Assembly: GCA_963806225.1 (NCBI GenBank)
Contig: CAWDXG010000004.1
Span: 1,216,001 to 1,280,000, forward strand
Direction of reading: 5' to 3'
Length of the DNA stretch: 64,000 nt
Origin: an uncultured delta proteobacterium
GTDB lineage: Bacteria; Myxococcota_A; Polyangia; Polyangiales; Polyangiaceae
Each line of letters starts with the position of its first letter. The first letter of the stretch is position 1. The position numbers were made by a program, and so were the translations under genes. Shown one piece after another: positions 54,648 through 63,240 of this stretch. The notes under the pieces were generated by a model. That model made no database searches and was not told the DNA's origin. It was given only the letters and a program-made list of their open reading frames with translations.

Positions 54648-55997
54648 GTGGGAGCCGCCGACGACCCGGGCGAGGACGAAACGCTGGAAATCGAGCGAGC
54701 GTTGACACTCGCCGACCCGGATGCGCGACGCCGCGCGGTCAAGCAGCTCCAGCGTTCGGCGTCCCTCGCCCGGGTCGCGCTGTCCACCAACGACATGGAA
54801 CTCGCCAGGCTTGCCCTGCGCAGGCTGGACGAGCCGCAGGCGTTGGGGGAAGTCGCGCGGCGGGCTTCCGCGCGGCCTATCGCACAGCTTGCCGTCGCCC
54901 GGCTGCGCGACGACGCGGCGCTGTTCGAGGTCGCACGCGAGGCGCACGACCAGGTGGTCGCCAAGACCGCCGCCAAGAAGATCGCCGACGAGGTGCTCCT
55001 GGCGGAGCTCGCCCGCTCCTCGTCGCACGCGCTGGTGAGGGAGACGGCCGTGAAGCGCCTGAGCGACCGGCGTCTCGTGTCCGACGTGCTGCAGGAGAGC
55101 GACAACGCCGAGGTGAGGCGGCGCGCGGTGGACAAGACCGACGACCAGGACGAGCTCGCCGAGCTGGCCTGTCGCGATCCCGATCCCGAAGTGCGCCGGC
55201 TGGCGCTCGCCCGATTGGTGCGTGAGCGGCCGATCGCTCGCGTAGCGCGCGAGAGCGCGTTCAGCGACACGCGGCGCGAGGCGACACTGCGCGTACGCAA
55301 CGGGACGGTGCGCGCCGAGATAGCGCTCCACGATGCGGATCGGGATGTGCAGAAGGCCGCTCTCTCGCGACTTGGCAACGTTCGGCTGCTCGAAGAGGTC
55401 GCTCGCGAAGCCGAGTCGGGCGAAGCCAGGGCGCTGGCCGTGAGGCGGCTCCGCGAGCTGTCGGCCGGCCCGCCGCGCGGCAAGAAGCGCGGCCGCCGCG
55501 ACCGCACGAAACCGGCCGACACGACCTGGATCCCGGAGCTCGCGCAGTCGGACGAATCCTGGCAGGTGCGCCGCGAAGCGCTGGCCCAGGTGAAGGACCA
55601 GCCGTCGCTGGTGCGTCTATCGCGTGAGGATGCCGCCTGGCAGGTGCGCGAAGCCGCGGTGCGCCGCGTGCGCGACCAGGCAACCCTCAGGAACCGGGCA
55701 CAGTGGGACAAGGCCTGGCAGGTGAGACGCACGGCGGTGGACCGCGTCCGGAGCCAGGAGCTCATCGCCCATCGCGCGCGCGACGACGAGGCCTGGCAGG
55801 TGCGGCTCGCCGCGGTGCGACGCACGCGGGACAGCGCCGTACTCGCGAACCGCGCGCTCTACGACGACTCGCTCGAGGTGCGCCGGGCGGCTGTGGCGCG
55901 CCTGGACGACCCGGTGTTGCTGCGGCAGCTTTCGCGCGACGCCGACGAGGACGCGCTCCGCGAAGCGGCGGAGCAGCGCCTCGCCGAGCTCGGCTAG
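54648..55997 (+). CDS. HEAT/LRV-like repeat protein (~25-26 aa period)
   Basis: Repeats of D..W.VR..AV.R..D...L...A along the whole ORF. Start uncertain. Confidence 0.75.
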   Translation: MGAADDPGEDETLEIERALTLADPDARRRAVKQLQRSASLARVALSTNDMELARLALRRLDEPQALGEVARRASARPIAQLAVARLRDDAALFEVAREAHDQVVAKTAAKKIADEVLLAELARSSSHALVRETAVKRLSDRRLVSDVLQESDNAEVRRRAVDKTDDQDELAELACRDPDPEVRRLALARLVRERPIARVARESAFSDTRREATLRVRNGTVRAEIALHDADRDVQKAALSRLGNVRLLEEVAREAESGEARALAVRRLRELSAGPPRGKKRGRRDRTKPADTTWIPELAQSDESWQVRREALAQVKDQPSLVRLSREDAAWQVREAAVRRVRDQATLRNRAQWDKAWQVRRTAVDRVRSQELIAHRARDDEAWQVRLAAVRRTRDSAVLANRALYDDSLEVRRAAVARLDDPVLLRQLSRDADEDALREAAEQRLAELG

Positions 55998-56278
55998 CCC
56001 GGTATCGCGTCGGCTTCGACGTACTTCGCCAGGAGCTCTCCCTCCTGTATCAGGCGGTACTTGGTACCGTCCAAGCTGATCTCCTCGCCGGAGTACTTCT
56101 TGTAGACGACGCGATCGCCGATCGCGATCTCGTCGGAGGAGCCGCTCGATTTCGCCTCGACGTAGCCCTCGGCGGGCTGCTCGCGGGCGGAGTCGGGGAC
56201 GTACAGGCCCCCCTTCGTCTTCTCCTCGGCCTCGACCAGCCGGAGCAGGACGTGTCCGTTCAGCGGTTGCAGGTTCAT
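55994..56278 (-). CDS. groES: Orphan co-chaperonin GroES-family protein
   Basis: LQPLNGHVLL, mobile loop EEKTKGGLYVPDSA, GDRVVYKKYSGEEI. No groEL adjacent. Confidence 0.85.
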   Translation of the reverse strand: MNLQPLNGHVLLRLVEAEEKTKGGLYVPDSAREQPAEGYVEAKSSGSSDEIAIGDRVVYKKYSGEEISLDGTKYRLIQEGELLAKYVEADAIPG

Positions 56279-56311
56279 CTCTTCGTCTTTCCTTTCCGGA
56301 TCATCCGGGGT

Positions 56312-56908
56312 TCAGTTCTTGCCGAGTCCCAGCAGCGAATCGATCCGTCCCTTGTCGAATCCGACAATCATGCGGCCGTCGATGTCGACCTGGGGTACGC
56401 CCTGCTGCCCGCTCCGCCGCACCATCTCGCGGGCCGCGGATTCGTTGTGCGACACGTTCACCTCGCGGAAGGCCACGTGATTCTGGCGCAGGTAGGACTT
56501 CACGCGCGTACACCAGGGGCAGGTGTCGGTCACGTACACCCGCACGTTGTGCTGGCGCTTGGCTGCTGCAGCACTGCGCGTCGGGGCCGCGCTGGACGAG
56601 AGTGCGCTGGCGTAGCCTTCCGTCGAGTGCGGCCCGGCAATCTTCGAGAGCACGGCGTCACCCTTGACGCGCAGCACGGTCGGCACGGACGAGACACCGA
56701 AGCGCTGGTGCAGCCCGCGCACCACGCCCACGTCGACCAGGAAGATCGGGCGCTCGCCCTGCTCGCGACAGAACGCCTCGAAGGCCGGCAGGGCCTTCTG
56801 CGACGCTTCGGAAAACTCGCCGAAGAAGCCCACGATGGTCTCCTCTTCCGGCGACAGCGCCGACAGGAGCTCTTTCTCGTTCGTGATCTTCAAAAGGGAC
56901 ATATCCAT
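56312..56908 (-). CDS. Thioredoxin-fold + glutaredoxin (NrdH/YruB-like) fusion
   Basis: N-domain Trx fold with cis-Pro motif (GVSSVPTV) but FSEAS in place of CxxC. C-domain has CPWC, SGQQGVPQ, IVGFDK. Confidence 0.85.
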   Translation of the reverse strand: MDMSLLKITNEKELLSALSPEEETIVGFFGEFSEASQKALPAFEAFCREQGERPIFLVDVGVVRGLHQRFGVSSVPTVLRVKGDAVLSKIAGPHSTEGYASALSSSAAPTRSAAAAKRQHNVRVYVTDTCPWCTRVKSYLRQNHVAFREVNVSHNESAAREMVRRSGQQGVPQVDIDGRMIVGFDKGRIDSLLGLGKN

Positions 56909-56919
56909 CGACTCCCGGG

Positions 56920-57573
56920 TCAGTGGGTTGGGGCGAGCGCTCCGTCGTGCGCGCTCCACTCGTGAACACCTTCTTCGAGCCGACGCACGCGGTAGCCGTG
57001 CTCGGCGAGCAGCGCGACCGCGCGGTCGGCGAGATCGCAGTAGGGACTGCGGCAGTAGGCGACCACCAGCTTGCGGCGCGGCAGCTCGCCGAGGCGCCCC
57101 GACAGCTCGTCGAGCGGTATCGAGCACGCTCGCTCCAGGTGGCCGGCCGCGTATTCCTCGGCGGGGCGCACGTCGACCAGCGTCACGCGGCCGCGCGCGA
57201 GCAGGCTCTCCAGCTCCGCGGGGGTGACGGTGCCGGCGTTCCGGCGCCGCGCGGCCAGTTGCGAGACCGCATCGCGCAGCTCGGGGGAGCGCGACTCGGC
57301 AAACGTGCGCAGCGCCGACCAGAAGCCGGCCACGGATGGGTCGGCGAGCGAGTAGACAACGTGGCGCCCCTCGCGGCGACGGGAGAGCAGCCCGGCTGCG
57401 GTCAACTTCTGCAGGTGGTGCGAGGTGATCTGCAGGGTCTGCCCGGCGTGTTCGGCCAGCTTCTCCACGCTGCGCTCGCCCTGGGCGAGCAGCTCGAGCA
57501 GCACCAGCCGCTCGGGGCTGGCCAGCGCCTTCGTCACGCTGGCGAGCTGTTCGTAGAGGGGTCGGGTTGGCAT
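56920..57573 (-). CDS. ArsR/SmtB regulator fused to a rhodanese domain
   Basis: KALASPERLVLLELL, SHHLQKL..AGL..RREG, then rhodanese DVRPAEEYAAGHL and active-site YCRSPYC. Confidence 0.92.
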   Translation of the reverse strand: MPTRPLYEQLASVTKALASPERLVLLELLAQGERSVEKLAEHAGQTLQITSHHLQKLTAAGLLSRRREGRHVVYSLADPSVAGFWSALRTFAESRSPELRDAVSQLAARRRNAGTVTPAELESLLARGRVTLVDVRPAEEYAAGHLERACSIPLDELSGRLGELPRRKLVVAYCRSPYCDLADRAVALLAEHGYRVRRLEEGVHEWSAHDGALAPTH

Positions 57574-57576
57574 CCT

Positions 57577-57611
57577 ATATTCTTATTATAGTCCGAATGT
57601 CAGATTGGCAA
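57577..57611 (-). promoter_or_regulatory. Sigma70-like promoter with overlapping inverted repeat (putative ArsR operator)
   Basis: Minus strand TTGCCA-N15-TATAAT, 11 nt before the ATG. Imperfect inverted repeat ATATTC-N12-GAATGT spans the -10. Confidence 0.55.
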
Positions 57612-57671
57612 GCCCCGGAGCTGCGGCACGCCCGGGCGCGACTGTTGCGGCATGTTCGGAGCTAGCGGACA

Positions 57672-58241
57672 ATGACGCTTATGGATGGCTTTTCGCGCAG
57701 CGGGCGTGCGGCGGGGCTACTCGTCGCGCTCGGCGCGGCCGCCCTCGCTTCGTGCGGAGGGCACACTTCGGTCGGTTTTCCGGCCGTCGATGCTTCGGTG
57801 GATAGCTCCGCCGGAGGAACGGGCGGCAGTTCGACGGGCGGCAGCGGCGGAACCGCAGCCACCGGGGGCAGCGCAGCCACCGGCGGTACCGGCGCCACCG
57901 GCGGCTACGGCGGCGCGCCGGACCCCTGCGGCAACGTGACGTGCAATGCACCGGCCAACTGCCTCAACGGCAAGTGCTGGTGCCCTGGCGGCTTGCACTA
58001 CTGTGGCGGGGCCTGCGTGGATACGCAGACGGATCTCTCGAACTGCGGCGTGTGCGGCCACGCTTGCCAGAGCGGCGCCGACTGCATTGCCGGCCAGTGC
58101 CAGATGCCCGGCACGTGCACCCCGGCCTTCTGCCCCACCGCCGGGTACGGGACGGCCTGCTGTCTCACGCCCAACGGTCCGTGTGGCGTCGACTATGGCT
58201 TCGGCTGCGTCAATGGCTATCCGCAGGACGCGGGACCGTGA
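57672..58241 (+). CDS. Cys-rich lipoprotein
   Basis: Lipobox LAS-C, Gly/Thr linker, CVDTQTDLSNCGVCGHAC. Confidence 0.75.
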   Translation: MTLMDGFSRSGRAAGLLVALGAAALASCGGHTSVGFPAVDASVDSSAGGTGGSSTGGSGGTAATGGSAATGGTGATGGYGGAPDPCGNVTCNAPANCLNGKCWCPGGLHYCGGACVDTQTDLSNCGVCGHACQSGADCIAGQCQMPGTCTPAFCPTAGYGTACCLTPNGPCGVDYGFGCVNGYPQDAGP

Positions 58242-58313
58242 ACGGCACGCGGCGCACAGCCGCGCGCGCCGCCATGTGAGCGGCGCGCCCGGCACTCGCA
58301 GGGCAGCGGGCGG

Positions 58314-59558
58314 CTAGGACGGCGGAGCGACGACGGTCTGGCAGCCGAGCTGGATGTCGACCGAGCCGCCGGCGTTCTTCACCTGGTTGCACGACGTGGG
58401 GCACAGGACGATCTTCGTCGGGTTGTTCGGATTGTCGTAGTACCAGCCAGGGTTGCTCTTGCACTGCGACGCACTGGACACCTGCGGCAACAAGGTACCC
58501 TTGTTGCTGCCCTTGGGCGTGTAGACGACGTTGACCTTGTTGGGGTCGAGGGTGCCGCCGCCGGTCGGCTTGGGCAGCAGGAACTCGCAGCCGAGCGCCT
58601 TGCCGCGGATCGCGTTCATGGCGTCGAGGAACGTCTGGTTCGCGTTGGCAGCGTCCACCTGGTAGGACTTCTGCGAGCCGCCGGCCTGCGCGATCGTGTC
58701 CATGTTCGAGACGGTGCCGATACCGATCACGAACGTCATGACCGACGGGTTGGCAGCAAGCGCTTTGGCTGCCTCCGCCGAGACGTTGGAGACAGAGCTG
58801 CTGCAGTCGTTCGGATCGCCGTCGGTGGCGAGCACGATAATGACCTTGTGATCGGGATGCTGCTTGGCGTAGGCGGTCGTGGCCTGCACCGCGCTCTGCA
58901 TCGCCGGCAGGGTCGGCGTGCCGCCGCCGGGCGAGTTCGCGTTCATCGCGCTGATGATCTGCTGCGCGACGCCGGGGAGCGGCTGGATCGTGACAGCCGG
59001 CGGCAGATAGCTGTTGATGTTGCACTCGGCGGAGTTGTTGCCGGGAACGCAGATGCCTCCGAAGTTGACGCACCCGTTCGAGCATGGCGGGAAGGGATTG
59101 CAGTTGCTGCCTCCGCCCTGCGGGAAGAACTGGATTCCAACGCCGATACCCGCGACCGGCGCACCGGCGTTGACGAACGACGTGATGGCGCTCTTGACGC
59201 CGTTCCACTTCGAGCCATCCATCGAGCCCGACTTGTCCATCATGATGTACATGTCGAGCGGCAGCTGCTTGCCGTCGTTGTGCGTCACGGCGCAGGCGTC
59301 ACCGATTGTGTTGCCGCCGCTGCCGCCGTTGTTGGACCCGCCGAAATTGTAGCCGGCACCGCTACCGCCGCTGTTGGACGAGCCGCCGCTCACGTTGTAG
59401 CCGGCGCCGCTGCCTCCCGATGAGCTGCTTCCACTTCCGCCGGTGCCGGAGCCCTGGAAATGACTGCCCCCGGGTGATGCGCTGCACGCCATCGCGAACG
59501 CGGCCGCAACGCCGGTGAAGAGAACTCCCTGGATAAGCCTAGCTGAAAAGCGCGCCAT
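58314..59558 (-). CDS. VWA-domain lipoprotein (myxobacterial type)
   Basis: Lipobox AMA-C, MIDAS DKSGSM, GTPT, ATDGDP, C-terminal GWYYDN..P..IVLCPTSC. Confidence 0.85.
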   Translation of the reverse strand: MARFSARLIQGVLFTGVAAAFAMACSASPGGSHFQGSGTGGSGSSSSGGSGAGYNVSGGSSNSGGSGAGYNFGGSNNGGSGGNTIGDACAVTHNDGKQLPLDMYIMMDKSGSMDGSKWNGVKSAITSFVNAGAPVAGIGVGIQFFPQGGGSNCNPFPPCSNGCVNFGGICVPGNNSAECNINSYLPPAVTIQPLPGVAQQIISAMNANSPGGGTPTLPAMQSAVQATTAYAKQHPDHKVIIVLATDGDPNDCSSSVSNVSAEAAKALAANPSVMTFVIGIGTVSNMDTIAQAGGSQKSYQVDAANANQTFLDAMNAIRGKALGCEFLLPKPTGGGTLDPNKVNVVYTPKGSNKGTLLPQVSSASQCKSNPGWYYDNPNNPTKIVLCPTSCNQVKNAGGSVDIQLGCQTVVAPPS

Positions 59559-59747
59559 GCCGGTAGACTAGCTTGTTTCACCCCGCGACACAGCATCTGT
59601 CCTCTGGCTTGGATGCCTTCGATGCTCCATTCATTTGCGCCACGCCGTATGCCGCGATGTGTCGGCGCAGTGCGTCGTGTCGACGATGTCGACCGACTCC
59701 TACCTCCACCTACACGGCCAGTCCGTGCACTTCCGCGGGGAACGCGA

Positions 59748-62123
59748 CTATTTCGGCAGCATGTCGATGGCCGTGCCGCCCGCGGCGCGGCTCGTCCAGT
59801 AGACACCGTGGCCATCGGCAGTCAGCGACGCGGCGTCGAGCTGATGCCGCGCGAGCAACTCCGGCAGCGAGGCCGCACCCACCAGCAGCCGCTTCACGCG
59901 CAGCACGTCCGCATCGCGATCGCCAGCAAGGAAGTAGAGGTACCCGCCGTCGAACGCGAGATTGCGCGTGGTGGTGCTGCGCTTCGCGAACTGGTGAAGC
60001 TTTCCGCTCTTCCTGTCGAGCCCCAGCACGCGCACGCCCTGCGGGTAGAAGATCCAGTCCGGGTCGAGCGCGAGCGACGCGGGGCACGCCATGCGATAGC
60101 GATGCGGCTTGCAGGTCCCGCTGCCGCACGGGTAGCCGGTAATCACGCCGCCGGTTCGGCAGCACACAACGCCGTCGCCGTCGCCCGCGAAGGCCGCGAC
60201 GGGTCCGTGGCAATCGACCGGCGCCGGGTGCTTGGCGAGCAAGCTCTTGTCGAGCGGCGCCGCGACGACGCCGTCCGGCGCGGCGCCGGCCCCTTTCGCG
60301 CGCGTCGCCCAGGCCACGTAGCTACCGGAAGCGTCGACCACCAGCGTCGAGGGCTTCGGCGGCCTGTCGACCAGCACCGGCGCGCCTCCGCCGATGCGCG
60401 ATGCCCAGACGCGCGCGGGCTGCTCCGTGGACCACACGACCACGTCGCGCCCCACCGCGACATCGAACACGCCCGAGACGTGCTCCGCGAGCACACTGCT
60501 CTTGCCGTCGGCCGAGACGCCGCGGATCTGGTGCTCCTTCTCGTCCCAGAAGTACAGCCCGCCGCCCGCCGCCGCGACGTGCTCGGCGGACGGCACGGTA
60601 GCCAGCACCTTCGGCTCGCACAACCCGCCGTCACAGCTGGTACCGGTACACACCCGATCGCAACGACCGCAGTGCTGCGGGTCCTTGTCGAGATCCGTCT
60701 CGCAACCGTCGTCGGGCTTGTCGTTGCAGTCGCCGAAATGCGTCCGGCAGGCGACCTTGCACGCGCCCTTCGCGCACACGACCTTGGATGTGCCGGCACG
60801 CGAGCAGACCTTGCCGCAGTCGCCGCAGTTGTCGGGGTCGGACTCCACATCCACCTCGCAACCGTTGTCGGCGTCACCGTCGCAGTCGAGATGGCCCGGC
60901 GTGAGACACGCGAGCACCTCGCAGCGCCCGGCCTTGCACGTCGCTTCCAGCCTGGCGGTCGGACAGGCGTGCCCGCAGCCTCCACAGTCCGACGTCGAGC
61001 TGCCGAGATCCGTCTCGCAGCCGTCGAGCGCGCGCTGGTTGCAGTCCGCATGTCCGGCGGGACAGGAAAGCGGCCACGGCACGAAACGCGCAACACCTGC
61101 CGCCGCTCCGCCCATGAAGACGAGCGCCGTGAGCCCGAGCCCGATGCGACGGGGCCAGGGCCGCGGCGCCGGCGGCGCCGGAGTCGAATCCGCGTCCGGA
61201 ACGTCCATGCCGGCCGCGGCGCGCAGCTCGTTCCACCACGCGAGCACCGACGACGGACGCTCGAACTGATCGACGGCGAGCGCCTTCTCGAACAGCGCTT
61301 CGACCTCGTCGCTCACTTCCGCACCCCGGGTGCGGGGTGTGGGCCGGACTTCGGCGTTGGCCGTGCAGAACGCCAGCGCCTCCGGCGTCGTGCCCACGAG
61401 CGGCGGCTCGAGCGTCAGCGCCTCGACCAGCGACAGCGCCAACGTGTAGAGATCGGTCATCTCCGACAGCTCGCCGTAGCGCTCGCGGTCGTAGTGTTCG
61501 GGGGCGGAATAGTCCGGACTGCCGGCGTAGAGCGTTCCGGTCACTGTCTCCACTGTGAGCGAGGAGGCAATCGCCTTGGCGAAACCGAAATCGATGAGCT
61601 TGGCGTGCGGGCTCCCGTCCTCGCGCTTCTCGATCAGGAAATTCCGCGGATTGACGTCGCGGTGGATGATGCCGTTGGCGTGGGCGACATCCAGCCCGCG
61701 CGCGATGGGCTCGAGCAGCTCCAGCACCTCGGGCAGCGTGAACGGCCGGCCTTCTTCCCTGTGACGCTCGATCTCGACGTTGAAGGTGTGGCCCTCGAGC
61801 CAGTCGACGACCATGTACGGTCGCTCGATGCCGTCGCCTGGGCAGCGGGCGCGCCCCACGTCGTAGGCGCGCAGGATGTCCTCCGAGCGCAGCTGGCTCA
61901 GGATCTGCGCCTCGCGCAGGAACAGCTGTTCCAGCGTCTCGCGCGCTCCCTCGCTCACCGCCTCGGGCGTCAGCACCTTGATCGCGACGCGGTTGTGCAG
62001 TGTCTCGTGCTCGCCCCGGTAGACCAGGGCCACTCCTCCCATGCTGGCGATTTCCAGCACTTCGTAGGGGCCGAGCTTCTGGCCTACGAGCTCTAGGTAG
62101 TCCTGGACCAGGAAACCGGGCAC
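59748..62123 (-). CDS. Receptor-type Ser/Thr kinase with extracellular Cys-rich repeats and beta-propeller
   Basis: VAIKVL, HRDVNPRN, DFG, SPDYSAPE, TM helix, three DGCE.D...D...CG.C repeats, then LYFWD/VYWT blades. Start approximate. Confidence 0.88.
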   Translation of the reverse strand: MPGFLVQDYLELVGQKLGPYEVLEIASMGGVALVYRGEHETLHNRVAIKVLTPEAVSEGARETLEQLFLREAQILSQLRSEDILRAYDVGRARCPGDGIERPYMVVDWLEGHTFNVEIERHREEGRPFTLPEVLELLEPIARGLDVAHANGIIHRDVNPRNFLIEKREDGSPHAKLIDFGFAKAIASSLTVETVTGTLYAGSPDYSAPEHYDRERYGELSEMTDLYTLALSLVEALTLEPPLVGTTPEALAFCTANAEVRPTPRTRGAEVSDEVEALFEKALAVDQFERPSSVLAWWNELRAAAGMDVPDADSTPAPPAPRPWPRRIGLGLTALVFMGGAAAGVARFVPWPLSCPAGHADCNQRALDGCETDLGSSTSDCGGCGHACPTARLEATCKAGRCEVLACLTPGHLDCDGDADNGCEVDVESDPDNCGDCGKVCSRAGTSKVVCAKGACKVACRTHFGDCNDKPDDGCETDLDKDPQHCGRCDRVCTGTSCDGGLCEPKVLATVPSAEHVAAAGGGLYFWDEKEHQIRGVSADGKSSVLAEHVSGVFDVAVGRDVVVWSTEQPARVWASRIGGGAPVLVDRPPKPSTLVVDASGSYVAWATRAKGAGAAPDGVVAAPLDKSLLAKHPAPVDCHGPVAAFAGDGDGVVCCRTGGVITGYPCGSGTCKPHRYRMACPASLALDPDWIFYPQGVRVLGLDRKSGKLHQFAKRSTTTRNLAFDGGYLYFLAGDRDADVLRVKRLLVGAASLPELLARHQLDAASLTADGHGVYWTSRAAGGTAIDMLPK

Positions 62124-62336
62124 GACCGCCGAGTGTTTCCCGCCGCGCCCGCGAAGCACAAGCAGAACCGCGCGCCAGGCGGCCCGGCCGGCCGCCGGCC
62201 CTGGCAGCGCTGCGCGGCGTCGCCCGTGTTCCAGGCCCGGTCGATACCCACATTGTCCGACCGGTGGACAGTCTGGATCGACCGTTGCTATGACTCCGCT
62301 CCGGACGACCGAAGGGCCCGGACCGCGGAGAAACGT

Positions 62337-63240
62337 GTGAGCTCGTACCTGCTTTCGGTCCTTCTGGGAGTCATCGAAGGGTTGACGGAGTTTCTGCCCG
62401 TCAGCTCGACGGCGCACCTGCGCATCGTCGAGGGCTGGCTCGGCATCGCGCTATCCGATCCCTACTGGAAGATGTTCTCGGTGGTGATCCAGCTCGGCGC
62501 GATCCTGTGCCTGCCGATCTACTTCCGCTCGCGACTGTGGAAGTTCATCTCCACGTTCCCCCGGGGGGAGAGCGGTCAGGGCAGCTTCTGGAGCCACCCG
62601 CTCACGCTCACCGGCATCTCGTTCGTGGTGACGGCGGTTCCGGCGCTGCTCCTGACGAAGGTGATCGGGAAGAACCTCGGCAGCCTGCTCGTGATGGGTG
62701 TCTCGTTGATTGCCGGAGGCGTCGTCATGTGGGCCGTCGACGTCGTGTACGGCGAACGCAAGGGCGGCGCCGCACCGAACGCTGCCACGTCGAAGAGCTG
62801 GACCGCCAGCGTCGAGCAGATGAGCCCGCGCCAGGCGGCCTGGGTCGGCTTCTGCCAGATCTTCTCGGCCGTGTTTCCCGGTACCTCGCGGTCCATGGCG
62901 ACCATCGCCGGCGGTCAGCTTGTCGGCATGACCCGTCCGGCTGCGCTGGAGTTCTCGTTCCTGCTGTCGATTCCGACGATGGTGGCAGCGACCGGCTATG
63001 ACCTTTTCAAGTCGCTCCGCCACCGGGAAGGCGCGCTGGGCAGCGGCCCGCACGACCTGCACGGCTGGTTGGTCCTCGGCGTCGGCTTCGCGGTGTCGTT
63101 CGTGGTGGCCTATGCCGTAGTGGCCTGGTTCATGCGTTGGGTGCGTACGCGCGGGTTCGTGCCGTTCGCGATCTACCGCATCGTGTTCGGCGCGATCGTG
63201 CTGGTCCTTCTGTACTCCGGCACGTCGCGCTCCACTCAGG
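62337..63240 (+). CDS. uppP: Undecaprenyl-diphosphate phosphatase (3' end uncertain, no in-frame stop at the expected position)
   Basis: GVIEGLTEFLPVSSTAHL, VVIQLGAIL, FPGTSRSMATI, EFSFLLSIP, PFAIYRI. Confidence 0.9.
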
